Assembly: GCA_963811165.1 (NCBI GenBank)
Contig: CAWEQH010000010.1
Coordinates: forward strand, 896,001 to 960,000
Direction: 5' to 3'
Source of the DNA: an uncultured Nitrospiraceae bacterium
GTDB lineage: Bacteria; Nitrospirota; Thermodesulfovibrionia; Thermodesulfovibrionales; UBA6898
Length of the DNA stretch: 64,000 bases
Every line of letters starts with the position of its first letter. The first letter of the stretch is position 1. Below are positions 9,438-19,739 of the stretch, piece after piece. A model generated the notes under the pieces. That model ran no database searches. It had not been told where the DNA came from and was given only the letters and a program-made list of their open reading frames with translations. The translations under genes and the position numbers were made by a program.

Positions 9438-10220
9438 TCAGTTGTTAGTCGCCCTTTCGGACACAATTTCTATTTTTGCGTCTTTCCTCAGTTCATTATT
9501 CCATTCTTCGCGCCTCTTTCTACTTTTCTCCGATTTGATTTTCCTCTCGAGAAATTCTCTTGTCTTTTCAAAAGACAACTGTCGCGGAGGATTGTCTTTC
9601 GTCATCAATGTAGCCTTCTCTTTTTCGTATGCGGCCCTGAGTGCCTCGTCATCTACTTTTATTTTTTCATATATCTCGATAGCGGTTATGCTTTCAAAGA
9701 GTCGGCTTCTTTCGATAATCTTCCTCAGATCATCTTCATTCACGTTGATCTGTTCAAGATATTTTTTATACGCCTCATCTGAACCAGCCTGCGCCTTCAT
9801 TTTACTTATCACATCCTCGACAGCTTCCGGTTTGATCCTTATGCCTTCGTTTATTGCCTTTTGAACAGCCAATTCTTTAAATATCAAGTTGTTCAATGCC
9901 TCTTTCTTTATTTTCGTTGTCAATTCCGGAGTGGTCGGCTGTCCATGCGCGACAAACTTCGGAGCGATCGCATTCATCTCTCTCACAAGAAAATACGTGG
10001 TTATCTCCGCTCCATTCACTCTGGCGACCACGATATTTTTTGATTCTTCGACCCCCTTTTTGATCTCATCCATCCGTTTTGCTTGCTCCGGAGTTATCTT
10101 TGGCCCCTCCTTCTTTATCGCATTCGTCGAGACACCCTCCCTTTTGGCGCAGGAAAAGCATGTGAAAAGCACCGCGAGGGCCATCGACATCCCTGCCACT
10201 GTCATGATTATCCTCTTCAT
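9438..10220 (-). CDS. SurA N-terminal domain lipoprotein (periplasmic chaperone)
   Basis: Lipobox FSC; VARVNGAEIT..ALNNLI..EL..Q.A...GI; C-terminal LRKDAKIEI. Confidence 0.75.
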   Translation of the reverse strand: MKRIIMTVAGMSMALAVLFTCFSCAKREGVSTNAIKKEGPKITPEQAKRMDEIKKGVEESKNIVVARVNGAEITTYFLVREMNAIAPKFVAHGQPTTPELTTKIKKEALNNLIFKELAVQKAINEGIRIKPEAVEDVISKMKAQAGSDEAYKKYLEQINVNEDDLRKIIERSRLFESITAIEIYEKIKVDDEALRAAYEKEKATLMTKDNPPRQLSFEKTREFLERKIKSEKSRKRREEWNNELRKDAKIEIVSERATNN

Positions 10221-10228
10221 TTCATCTC

Positions 10229-11365
10229 CTATTCCTGTTTCCCGGCATCTTTTTCCATATTCTTATTATCGAGCAAAATCTCGATTTTTGCATTTTGTCT
10301 TAGTTCTCTTTCCCACTCTTCCCGTCTCTGGTCCTGGGCAGGAACAAGGAATTTAGGCTCTATTGCGCCCCTTGCTTCTTCAAACGTGGCTTGGTGCGAG
10401 GGCTCCTTTTTGACGACCTTTATGATATGAAAACCGTCCTTGTCTTTCATGATACCGCTCAGGTCGCCTACCTTCATGTCGGTCATGGCCTTATAGATCT
10501 CCGGATATTTTTCTTTTTTGATATTTATCTTTCTCACGATGAACGAACCATCCAGCACGAGTTTCCAGACATCGTTATCGTTCTTCATGATCGTTTTCAG
10601 TATCTGTTCGGCTTTTCCCCGTGTTGCCTCCTCATCCTTCCCCTGCAGAAAGAAAACGTCTTCGACAACAAAATTATCAGGCAGGATAAATTTTCCCTTC
10701 TCCTTTTCATACTCGTCATGAAGAAGCTTCTCGTCCACCTTGACCTTCCTGTAAACCTCTCTTGCGGTGATCAGTTCGTAACGCTGGCTTCTCTCTATAA
10801 TCTTCTTAAGGGCATCTTCGGTAAGACCGGCTTTATCAAGATAATCACGGTAGCCCTGCTCCGATCGCATGTTTTGCTTGACCTGGGCCACTACCTTCCC
10901 GATCGCCTCAGGCGCAGGATTTATGCCCTGCTTAACGGCCTCCTGCACAGCCAGTTCCTCAAATATCAGCCTGTCCAGTGCCTCCCTCTTTATCTTTGCG
11001 GTCGTTTCCGGCGTCACTGCCTCACCCTCTTTGACATATTTCGGTGCAACTCTGTTCATGGCGCGCGTAAGCATTAACATGTTAATGTCCGCGCCGTTCA
11101 CTCTGGCTACAATATTTTTTTTTGCTTCCTCCGCAGCTTTTCTTTCTCCTTCAACCTTCTTTGTCTCCTCTGCCTTTTGGGCTTCCGCTGCTCTTACCGA
11201 CTCTTCGTCCTTCTTTTCATCCTTGGGAGATTCTTTGATAACATCATGCCGCTCTGCTGCAGCAGCGCCATTGTCGATGCTGTTCCCACCGGCGTGTAAA
11301 CGGCCGGTTAAGCCAGGCACAACCATGATAATTGCAACCGCCAGAATAATAAGTGTTTTTCTCAT
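10229..11365 (-). CDS. SurA_N plus PpiC-type peptidyl-prolyl isomerase
   Basis: Signal peptide; VARVNGADI; rotamase-like MKVGDLSGIMKDKDGFHIIKV. Confidence 0.8.
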   Translation of the reverse strand: MRKTLIILAVAIIMVVPGLTGRLHAGGNSIDNGAAAAERHDVIKESPKDEKKDEESVRAAEAQKAEETKKVEGERKAAEEAKKNIVARVNGADINMLMLTRAMNRVAPKYVKEGEAVTPETTAKIKREALDRLIFEELAVQEAVKQGINPAPEAIGKVVAQVKQNMRSEQGYRDYLDKAGLTEDALKKIIERSQRYELITAREVYRKVKVDEKLLHDEYEKEKGKFILPDNFVVEDVFFLQGKDEEATRGKAEQILKTIMKNDNDVWKLVLDGSFIVRKINIKKEKYPEIYKAMTDMKVGDLSGIMKDKDGFHIIKVVKKEPSHQATFEEARGAIEPKFLVPAQDQRREEWERELRQNAKIEILLDNKNMEKDAGKQE

Positions 11366-11492
11366 CCTATCTCCATTCTCTCCTATGATTACCGGTTTTC
11401 AGCACATTATATGCTGCGTCTCACGAGTCTCGGACATCAATAGACTCTGATTAATACTGTTTTACGAAACACTGCGTCATCGGTATCTGGAA

Positions 11493-12065
11493 TTATTCTA
11501 CCCAATTCAGCTCATAGATGATCTCCCATGTGTTGTCGGACAATAAAGACTTGCTTACCTGATGAATCGTGAGGTCTTTGCCTCCGCCCATTTCTACGGC
11601 CTTCTTTGAATAACCGCGACATGCCGGTGAAAGCCAGTCCAAAAAAATCTCGGGAAGTGTGAACTTCACTATCGCGTGGCCTTTCTCGGTCACAGGAACT
11701 TCAACCTTTCCCGCATCGAAGAAACGGCTCCATAGCTTCGGATAATTTTTTATGACAAACGAAGGATTCGTCAGCTGAAAGAAAATCTTGTAAAGAACGT
11801 TCAGACTGTTTTCTGATATATATTCATAGAGGCGGGCGGTCTCAACCTCTTTCTGCATTCCCAATACCTTTGAAAGTGAAGTCACCACAGACTTGAAAGC
11901 CCCGAACGGATAGCTTGAAGTAAAAAGAGGCGTATCCCTCCAGATTGTGGCGACATCGGATGGAACAGAAGCAAGAAGCTGTTCCCATGCAGCTGCTCCA
12001 TATTCTTGAAGGATAAACTTTTTTGCAAAAACGAAATTCGGACCTTTTGCCATCACTTCCGCCAT
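11493..12065 (-). CDS. DUF2378/H-NOX-like protein, paralog 3
   Basis: Same family motifs; RBS AAGGAG. Confidence 0.65.
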   Translation of the reverse strand: MAEVMAKGPNFVFAKKFILQEYGAAAWEQLLASVPSDVATIWRDTPLFTSSYPFGAFKSVVTSLSKVLGMQKEVETARLYEYISENSLNVLYKIFFQLTNPSFVIKNYPKLWSRFFDAGKVEVPVTEKGHAIVKFTLPEIFLDWLSPACRGYSKKAVEMGGGKDLTIHQVSKSLLSDNTWEIIYELNWVE

Positions 12066-12275
12066 AGCTTTGTCTCCTTATCCCATTAAAAAATTAAATC
12101 ATATATGCTCTTTTAGAGTATTGGCGACTGTATAACTCTTATGTGTCGGACCCGAGGAAAAAGATCCGCTATATTATAATATGTGAGCCCGCCAGTACCA
12201 CCCGTTTCATAAAGTCCGAGGAGTCCAGGGACTGAAGGGCCCGTTTGCGCCCATAGTCCCCTTCCACGGTTCCGG

Positions 12276-12965
12276 CTAATTAATAAACTCCACATAGGAC
12301 GGGGGAGGGTCTGCCAATCCGACCTGGATATAGCGCCTGTCCATAGCCTGAGAGTTGTTCCGGCCTATGAGTTCTCCTTGCATGGCGATCGCGCGGTTGC
12401 CGGGGAGACGGAGGCGGACACATATTCTGCTTCCATCCTGCAAGTGTCTGTAATAATTATTGTCGGGAAGTATGAGCATCCCCCTCTCTGAAAGACCGAT
12501 CGACATGCCAGGACATCTGCACTCATTAAGACATCTGCAGTCATCAAAGGTGAGTGTCACTTCCATATGACGGCCCTCGGCATACCGGGCCTTAACGAGG
12601 TCAGGGTTAAGCATGCAGTTAAGCAGTTCGTTAAGCTCGTCTGTGGAAAACGGTTTCTCCAGGAGGTCGAAGGCGCCGAGGCGGAACGCCTTGCACCTGC
12701 TGTTTTCGGTAGAAGAGGCGGTCATCATCAATACTTCAGTAGAAGGCGAAGTCGACCTTATCATGGGGAGAACTTCCCACCCACTTATGTCAGGCAGGTT
12801 TATATCAAGGAGCACCGCATCAAAACGATCTTGGGACAGCTTCCCCATCGCCTCTTTGCCTGAAGCAACCGCCACGACGTAATACCGCCGCTTTGTAAGG
12901 AGTATTCTCAGCATATTAAGCAAGAGCTCATTGTCTTCAACGATCAAAATTTTGTTGGCGGCCAT
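12276..12965 (-). CDS. Response regulator (REC plus degenerate PilZ-like domain), copy 1
   Basis: ILIVED..LLDINLPD..MMTA..LEKPF; C-terminal R...R / GLSERGM beta-barrel pattern. Confidence 0.8.
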   Translation of the reverse strand: MAANKILIVEDNELLLNMLRILLTKRRYYVVAVASGKEAMGKLSQDRFDAVLLDINLPDISGWEVLPMIRSTSPSTEVLMMTASSTENSRCKAFRLGAFDLLEKPFSTDELNELLNCMLNPDLVKARYAEGRHMEVTLTFDDCRCLNECRCPGMSIGLSERGMLILPDNNYYRHLQDGSRICVRLRLPGNRAIAMQGELIGRNNSQAMDRRYIQVGLADPPPSYVEFIN

Positions 12966-13028
12966 CTTTTTATCTTCCTGCCTCCTTAACTATGTAATTT
13001 TATTGTCTTCGGAGGACAAACGAGAAAT

Positions 13029-13044
13029 AGCAAATAGCGTGCTA
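13029..13044 (-). promoter_or_regulatory. sigma54-like element upstream of REC-PilZ copy 1
   Basis: TAGCACGCTATTTGCT. Confidence 0.45.
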
Positions 13045-13304
13045 AGTTTAGAATTTGTGCAATTATACGGTTGGGATATTACCGGACTTGAGCCCGCGTA
13101 TAAACTCAGATTTTGTCGTACCCCGGCTTGACCGAGCAATCGGGGACCCTTGAAATCACTGGGATTCCCGCCTTTCGCAGGAATGGACAAAAGAGGAAGT
13201 ACTCCACGTGACACACATATCCAAATTATGTGATTCGCTATCATTATGACCTTTTGAAAAAATGATTTGTAAGGTCTGCTTAATTCGTTACTTCCTGATC
13301 ATCC

Positions 13305-13348
13305 GGGGTCATTTCACCCTAAAAAGGGTTATTTTAGTCACGGGGTTG
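13305..13348. promoter_or_regulatory. Putative UAS, copy 3
   Basis: GGGTCATTTCACCC-TAAAAA-GGGTTATTTTAGTCAC. Confidence 0.6.
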
Positions 13349-13611
13349 AGAGGCGGATAAATCCCGTCAGAGATTCAGACGAAAAGCTCAGGCTGCCAAG
13401 CCCAAAGGACAGCCTTGTGGTATGCTGCCTCATTAGAGGTTCAAAGGAAACGGCAATGCTGTCAGTGTACGGTTTGGAAAAAGCGATAGAAGAACTGCAT
13501 GAAAAAGCCGGTAGTGTCCAGGACACTACCAAAAAGCAGCCCGGATCGCTCATGGGTCGAAAAGTAGGGTGATGAAGGAATCCATCCGGGACTACTGCTC
13601 GTAAATTGTGA

Positions 13612-15933
13612 TCAGAATGTTCGTTTCGGTGAGCGACCCTTTCCCTGCCCTAAATCCCGCCGTCCGGGGTCATCACTCTGCAGGTTCTCCCAGACTATTG
13701 TCAGCAACTCCTCCACATCAAGCGGTTTCGATATGAACTGAAGATTTTCATCAAGAATACCGGTTGCCGTGATGATGTCATCGGTATAACCGCTTATAAA
13801 AAGGGTTTTTATATCGGGTCTGTCGCTTTTTATAAACTCATGGACTTCGCTGCCGTTCTTCCCTGGCAATATGACATCTAAAATAAGCATATCGATAGAA
13901 TCTCTGTTTTCCTGGTATTTCCTGATCGCCTCTTCTCCATCCTCCGCCAGTATAACGGTATAACCTCTTTTAGTAAGCAGCTTCTGGAGAAATTGTCCCA
14001 CCAATACATCATCCTCTGCCACCAATAAAGTACCTTGCCCCGGAGTTATCGTCTTACGTTCCGAAGTCGTTGAGGGCATTTCAGAATCATGCACCTGGGA
14101 TACAGGAAAGAAAATCTTGAAGGTGGTGCCTTTATCCACTTCGCTTTCCACATCTATGTAACCGTTGTGCTGATGGACTATGCTATGGACGATAGTAAGT
14201 CCCAGTCCCGTACCCTTGCCGCTTCGCTTAGTGGAATAAAAAGGCTCAAAGATGTGGTCCATGGTCTTAACGTCCATTCCTGTTCCTGTATCACGCACAG
14301 AAAGCACCATATATGTTCCCGGCGTTACCGTGGAGTATTTGCCCGTATATGTCTCCTGCAGTTCGATAAGGCCCGTCTTGATATGGAGCTCACCGCCGAG
14401 GGGCATTGCGTCCTTTGCATTGGTGCAGAGGTTTATAATCATTTGCCCAATTTGATAGGGGTCCGCAAAGATGGGAATTCCGTCCTCGGCAAGAGAAATC
14501 TTCAATGCAATTTCTTCGGTAATAAGCGTCTTCAACATATCCGATATGGTGTTTATTATCTGACACACTTCCACATTTACCGGATTCATAATCTGTTTAC
14601 GTCCGAAAGTGAGAAGGTTGGACGTGAGGTTTTTCCCGAACTTGACAGCGAGAGATATCTGTTCGATACATTCCGCCGAATCCTTATCTTTGTCCCCGAG
14701 GTCATCGCTGAGAAGATGGGTGAACCCCCCTATTGCAGTAAGAACATTGTTGAAGTCATGGGCGATCCCGCCCGCGACTTGGCCAAGGGATTCCATCTTC
14801 CGGGATTGCAAAAGTTTATCTTCCAGCTTCTTTTTTTCCGTTATGTCCCTGTTACTTGCCCTTCTTCCGAGAAATTCTCCATTTACATAAATAGGTCCGC
14901 AAACATGGGACAACCACCTCACTTGTCCGTCCTTGGCAATGATGCGGAATTCCTTGTCCGGATGCAAAGGCTCCCGAAAATCGATGATGTCATTCTTATA
15001 GGCATCCCTGTCGTCAGGATGGATGATACTGTTAAGAAGATCGGGTTTTTCCATGAATTCACGCGGGCTGTATCCTGTTATTCGTTCGGAGGACGGAGAC
15101 ATGAAAACAAACTCGCCATCTTCCTTGATCCAGAAGTCGAAGTCATTGGCGAACTCCGACACAATGCGAAACTTCCTCTCGTTTTCCTCGATCGCCCGCT
15201 GATACCGCCGAAGCCCGCCGGAGAACAGCACAATCGTTCCGGTTCCGATCAGCCACAGTAAAAAATGGGTTATGAGAGTAATCCTGGTTGTCTTAGTCGC
15301 AGCTGAATAATAGGGCTGCATCGGCACGGCTATACTCATGGCGCCACGGATGTCTCCCACCCTATAGCCCTGTTGGCCGTGACATTTCACACAACCCTCA
15401 TATGTCATATAGGGCCAGATGACGCGCATATACGGAAGACCGTTTATCTCGGTAATTTGACTAAACTCTGTCTGACCCTTTTCAAATGCACTCAGGGCTT
15501 TTGTTTCCCATGCGTCAGGCGTATTTGCAGGGTTGAGAGGCTTCAAGCTGATCGTCCGGTTTATGGAGGCCAGCGGTGACTGGTTGCGGAGCAACTCGTA
15601 GGCTTGCTTTGTCATCTGAAAAGGGTTTATAAGCGTGAGCTTTGTACCGTCTGTCGTAACGACGTCTCTTTTAGGGGAAACGATATAAGGGTTCGGCCGG
15701 TCCTCATTCGTGACTTCTACATAGACGCCTCCGTGTGCGGTATTCCATCGTCTGTAAGCCAGGTTATGCTGAAAAATTGTCTGTGCCTCAATGCGCGCTC
15801 TCTCGAGCGTTTCTTCATGATTTTGATAAAAATTCAAAATCACCGAAGCGGCAACGAGAAGTGTCCAAAGAACCAGAAAAACGGCAAGATAGTTTTTCGT
15901 CCATATCCTCTCAATCAAGGCTCGGAGCTTCAC
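13612..15933 (-). CDS. Hybrid sensor histidine kinase with heme-c (DUF3365/Tll0287-like) sensor, PAS, HisKA, HATPase and REC domains
   Basis: TM-periplasmic domain with CVKCH-TM; PAS IHPDD; GGIAHDFNN H-box; GTGLGL; C-terminal REC. Confidence 0.9.
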   Translation of the reverse strand: MKLRALIERIWTKNYLAVFLVLWTLLVAASVILNFYQNHEETLERARIEAQTIFQHNLAYRRWNTAHGGVYVEVTNEDRPNPYIVSPKRDVVTTDGTKLTLINPFQMTKQAYELLRNQSPLASINRTISLKPLNPANTPDAWETKALSAFEKGQTEFSQITEINGLPYMRVIWPYMTYEGCVKCHGQQGYRVGDIRGAMSIAVPMQPYYSAATKTTRITLITHFLLWLIGTGTIVLFSGGLRRYQRAIEENERKFRIVSEFANDFDFWIKEDGEFVFMSPSSERITGYSPREFMEKPDLLNSIIHPDDRDAYKNDIIDFREPLHPDKEFRIIAKDGQVRWLSHVCGPIYVNGEFLGRRASNRDITEKKKLEDKLLQSRKMESLGQVAGGIAHDFNNVLTAIGGFTHLLSDDLGDKDKDSAECIEQISLAVKFGKNLTSNLLTFGRKQIMNPVNVEVCQIINTISDMLKTLITEEIALKISLAEDGIPIFADPYQIGQMIINLCTNAKDAMPLGGELHIKTGLIELQETYTGKYSTVTPGTYMVLSVRDTGTGMDVKTMDHIFEPFYSTKRSGKGTGLGLTIVHSIVHQHNGYIDVESEVDKGTTFKIFFPVSQVHDSEMPSTTSERKTITPGQGTLLVAEDDVLVGQFLQKLLTKRGYTVILAEDGEEAIRKYQENRDSIDMLILDVILPGKNGSEVHEFIKSDRPDIKTLFISGYTDDIITATGILDENLQFISKPLDVEELLTIVWENLQSDDPGRRDLGQGKGRSPKRTF

Positions 15934-16088
15934 AGAAAATGTCCCTCCCGGATGGGTAAGACTATGGAATGCCAGAAATTCATGCTATGTAAGCTCTGTG
16001 ATAAAAATAATGCGCAGCCGAAGCGGACCAAGCCCGTCTTCTTCGATAAGGTCTAATGCCGGCATATCGAAGAAATCATATCGCGGTC

Positions 16089-17495
16089 TCATTCGTGCGT
16101 GTCCTTTTTCTCTCGAAGATGCGTCAGCCCCATCTTTTTGAGGCGGTACCGGAGAGTGTCCCTGCTGATGTCAAGTAGCCCCGCCGTCTTCCTCTGGTTG
16201 CCGTTGGTCAACGCAAAGGCCTCCTTAATTATGGCTTCTTCCATATCCTTGAGGGACGTGCTGTTCCGGTCCTTGTTCCCGCTTATTTCCACCGGTATCG
16301 CTTCACTCTTTCCGGGGAAAAGACCCTGTTGGACATCGCGGTCCGTGATCTCGTCTCCCTTTGACAAAATGACCATCCTCTCGATCAAATTCTTCAGTTC
16401 CCTCACATTGCCGGGCCATTCGTATTCCTGTAAACTCGTCATGGCCTTCGCGGACAAGCCCTTCGGCTTTAACCCGTATTTTTCACCACTCTCATCCAGA
16501 TAGTATTGAAGGAGCAAAGGTATATCGATTTTCCGCTCCCTTAGCGGAGGCATCTCGATCGTTGCGATATTGAGGCGGAAAAAGAGGTCAAGTCTGAATT
16601 TCTTGGCGTGTACAAGGTCCTGAAGATCCCTGTTTGTCGCGGCCAGTATCCTCACGTCGGCATGTATGTAATCAAGCCCTCCGATTCTCCGGAACCTTTT
16701 TTCTTCGATCAGAGTGAGGATTTTTGACTGCATCCCGTAAGGCATGTCGCCGATTTCATCAAGCAGCACCGTGCCGCCCTGAGCCATCTCAAAGAGCCCC
16801 TTCTTTGTTTCTTTCGCATCAGTGAATGCACCCTTTTTATAGCCGAAGAGCTCGCTTTCTATGAGATGGTCCGGTATGTTCGAGCAGCCAATCTCCACAA
16901 ACGGCATATTCCTACGGGAACTCATCTCGTGGATCCTCCTGCAGAGGAGATTCTTCCCCGTACCGCTCTCCCCGAGCACAAGGATCGTTACGTCGGACTT
17001 TGCCGCCAAACTGTCTGCGATCCTGATGACCTCTCTCATCGTGTCGCTCGCAAAGACACCATCGCCTATCCTGTTGTTCTTATCTATTGGTTGTTTTTCT
17101 TTCTTTAGGGTTCGTAGAACGTTAGTGATGCTGGCAAAATCGAGAGGTTTTTCAAGGAAATCATAGGCCCCCATCTTCATGGCCTCGACGGAGCTTTTTA
17201 TGTCGGCATACCCCGTGATCACGATAACCACGGTTTCGGGATTTACCTCTTTAATGGTTTTAAGGAGATCAATCCCGCTCGAATCGGGTAACCTGACATC
17301 CAGTACAACGATTCCCGGGGTCTCTTCTTCCAAGATTTTTAATGCGGAGGCGCCGGAACTTGCCGTCAAGACGGTAAATCCCTCTTTCTCGAAGAGCTTT
17401 TTCAGCGAAAGTCTAATCAGCGCTTCATCATCAACGATCAAACTTTTTTTCTGGATTATGGCGGAACTGGGTTTAGGGAATTTCTTCAGTTTCAC
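16089..17495 (-). CDS. sigma54-dependent response regulator (NtrC/AtoC family), copy 1
   Basis: REC; GESGTGK; ESELFG..GAFTDA; WPGNVREL; Fis-type HTH. Confidence 0.92.
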   Translation of the reverse strand: MKLKKFPKPSSAIIQKKSLIVDDEALIRLSLKKLFEKEGFTVLTASSGASALKILEEETPGIVVLDVRLPDSSGIDLLKTIKEVNPETVVIVITGYADIKSSVEAMKMGAYDFLEKPLDFASITNVLRTLKKEKQPIDKNNRIGDGVFASDTMREVIRIADSLAAKSDVTILVLGESGTGKNLLCRRIHEMSSRRNMPFVEIGCSNIPDHLIESELFGYKKGAFTDAKETKKGLFEMAQGGTVLLDEIGDMPYGMQSKILTLIEEKRFRRIGGLDYIHADVRILAATNRDLQDLVHAKKFRLDLFFRLNIATIEMPPLRERKIDIPLLLQYYLDESGEKYGLKPKGLSAKAMTSLQEYEWPGNVRELKNLIERMVILSKGDEITDRDVQQGLFPGKSEAIPVEISGNKDRNSTSLKDMEEAIIKEAFALTNGNQRKTAGLLDISRDTLRYRLKKMGLTHLREKKDTHE

Positions 17496-17799
17496 ATTAT
17501 CCTTTCCGCGGGTCTCTAATCTATGCCGCCGGACATACCCATAATCCTTCCATCTTCGTTTTCCGGTTTATCAGCGATATATATTCGTGCTCTAATGTTA
17601 CTATCATAATAAGAAATAAATCAATATTTCTAAACTATTTTTTCTAAGCTTCTTTGAAACCAATGGACAATAGATGACCGTACGAGTCTTTGATCGGTAT
17701 CCATAAAGTTCGAGCAGACAATGATGCTGTCTTTTGGAGCCCATGGCCCTAAGTTTTTTCACCTGAATCTAACCCAGGACTGATCCATCTATCACCCGT

Positions 17800-17837
17800 G
17801 TGACCAGAATAACCCTTTTTAGGGTGAAATGACCCCG
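17800..17837. promoter_or_regulatory. Putative UAS, copy 4 (inverted)
   Basis: GTGACCAGAATAACCC-TTTTTA-GGGTGAAATGACCCC. Confidence 0.6.
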
Positions 17838-18096
17838 GATGATCAGGAAGTAACGAATTAAGCAGACCTTACAAATCATTTTTTTAAAAGGTCATAATGA
17901 TAGCGAATCACATAATTTGGATATGTGTGTCACGTGGAGTACTTCCTCTTTTGTCCATTCCTGCGAAAGACGGGAATCCCAGTGATTTCAAGGGTCCTCG
18001 ATTGCTCGGTCAAGCCGGGGTACGACAAAATCTGAGTTTATACGCGGGCTCAAGTCCGGTAATATCCCAACCGTATAATTGCACAAATTCTAAACT

Positions 18097-18112
18097 TAGC
18101 ACGCTATTTGCT
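18097..18112 (+). promoter_or_regulatory. sigma54-like element upstream of REC-PilZ copy 2
   Basis: TAGCACGCTATTTGCT. Confidence 0.45.
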
Positions 18113-18175
18113 ATTTCTCGTTTGTCCTCCGAAGACAATAAAATTACATAGTTAAGGAGGCAGGAAGATAAAAAG

Positions 18176-18934
18176 ATGGCCGCCAACAAAATTTTGATCG
18201 TTGAAGACAATGAGCTCTTGCTTAATATGCTGAGAATACTCCTTACAAAGCGGCGGTATTACGTCGTGGCGGTTGCTTCAGGCAAAGAGGCGATGGGGAA
18301 GCTGTCCCAAGATCGTTTTGATGCGGTGCTCCTTGATATAAACCTGCCTGACATAAGTGGGTGGGAAGTTCTCCCCATGATAAGGTCGACTTCGCCTTCT
18401 ACTGAAGTATTGATGATGACCGCCTCTTCTACCGAAAACAGCAGGTGCAAGGCGTTCCGCCTCGGCGCCTTCGACCTCCTGGAGAAACCGTTTTCCACAG
18501 ACGAGCTTAACGAACTGCTTAACTGCATGCTTAACCCTGACCTCGTTAAGGCCCGGTATGCCGAGGGCCGTCATATGGAAGTGACACTCACCTTTGATGA
18601 CTGCAGATGTCTTAATGAGTGCAGATGTCCTGGCATGTCGATCGGTCTTTCAGAGAGGGGGATGCTCATACTTCCCGACAATAATTATTACAGACACTTG
18701 CAGGATGGAAGCAGAATATGTGTCCGCCTCCGTCTCCCCGGCAACCGCGCGATCGCCATGCAAGGAGAACTCATAGGCCGGAACAACTCTCAGGCTATGG
18801 ACAGGCGCTATATCCAGGTCGGATTGGCAGACCCTCCCCCGTCCTATGTGGAGTTTATTAATTTACCGGCGCTGGGGAAGGGGACTATGGGCGCAAGCGG
18901 GCCCTTCAGTCCCTGGACTCCTCGGACTTTATGA
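18176..18934 (+). CDS. Response regulator (REC plus PilZ-like), copy 2
   Basis: Identical to 12276..12965 for 229 aa, with a 23-aa longer C-terminus. Confidence 0.8.
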   Translation: MAANKILIVEDNELLLNMLRILLTKRRYYVVAVASGKEAMGKLSQDRFDAVLLDINLPDISGWEVLPMIRSTSPSTEVLMMTASSTENSRCKAFRLGAFDLLEKPFSTDELNELLNCMLNPDLVKARYAEGRHMEVTLTFDDCRCLNECRCPGMSIGLSERGMLILPDNNYYRHLQDGSRICVRLRLPGNRAIAMQGELIGRNNSQAMDRRYIQVGLADPPPSYVEFINLPALGKGTMGASGPFSPWTPRTL

Positions 18935-19067
18935 AACGGGTGGGCTCATAGTAACAAAGCGGATGGAGGCTTTAAGATTCGGGTTTATTCCTATAGCGGG
19001 ATGGGCAATAGATCATGCCCGACGGTTACGGCAGCATATTTGCTTTAATTTTTAAGGAGACAAAGCT

Positions 19068-19640
19068 ATGGCGGAAGTGATGGCAAAAGGTCCGAATTTC
19101 GTTTTTGCAAAAAAGTTTATCCTTCAAGAATACAAGGCGGACATATGGGTAAAACTTCTTGCTTCTGTTCCATCCGATGTCGCCACAATCTGGAGGGATA
19201 CACCTCTTGTTACTTCAAGCTATCCGTTCGGGGCTTTCAAATCTATGGTAACGTCACTGTCAAAGGTATCGGGAAGACAGGAAGAGGTTGAGACCGCCCG
19301 CCTCTATGAGTATATCGCAGAAAACAGTCTGAACGTTCTTTACAAGATTTTCTTTCAGCTGGCGAATCCTTCGTTTGTCATAAAAAATTATCCGATGTTA
19401 TGGAGCCGTTTCTTCGACGCAGGGAGGGTCAAAGTCCTTGTGGCCGGGAAAGGCCACGCGATAGTGAAGTTCACACTTCCCGAGATTTTTTTGGACTGGC
19501 TTTCACCGGCATGTCGCGGTTATTCAAAGAAGGCCGTAGAAATGGGCGGAGGCAAAGACCTGACGATTCATCAGGTAAGCAAGTCTTTATTGTCCGACAA
19601 CACATGGGAGATCATCTATGAGCTGAATTGGGTAGAATAA
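19068..19640 (+). CDS. DUF2378/H-NOX-like protein, paralog 4
   Basis: Close paralog of 11493..12065. Confidence 0.65.
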   Translation: MAEVMAKGPNFVFAKKFILQEYKADIWVKLLASVPSDVATIWRDTPLVTSSYPFGAFKSMVTSLSKVSGRQEEVETARLYEYIAENSLNVLYKIFFQLANPSFVIKNYPMLWSRFFDAGRVKVLVAGKGHAIVKFTLPEIFLDWLSPACRGYSKKAVEMGGGKDLTIHQVSKSLLSDNTWEIIYELNWVE

Positions 19641-19739
19641 TTCCAGATACCGATGACGCAGGGTTTCGTAAAAAAGCATTAATTAGAGTCGGAAAGTTGT
19701 GAGAGAGAAGCAGAATGGACATGCGCGACGGGACGATTT

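Larger units (their letters stand above)
11446..13348 (-). repeat. Inverted duplication, left arm (matches 17795-19690)
   Basis: ~12183-13348 is near-identical to the reverse complement of ~17795-18950; ~11446-12080 is similar to ~19053-19690. Confidence 0.9.
17795..19690 (+). repeat. Inverted duplication, right arm
   Basis: Reverse-complement match to 11446-13348 with few substitutions in the regulator/promoter part. Confidence 0.9.

Noticed and set aside
14089..15261. Long antisense ORFs (this 390-aa one; also 24591..25634, 43728..44651, 28429..29238)
   Set aside because: They are shadow frames opposite well-supported genes and carry no recognisable motifs
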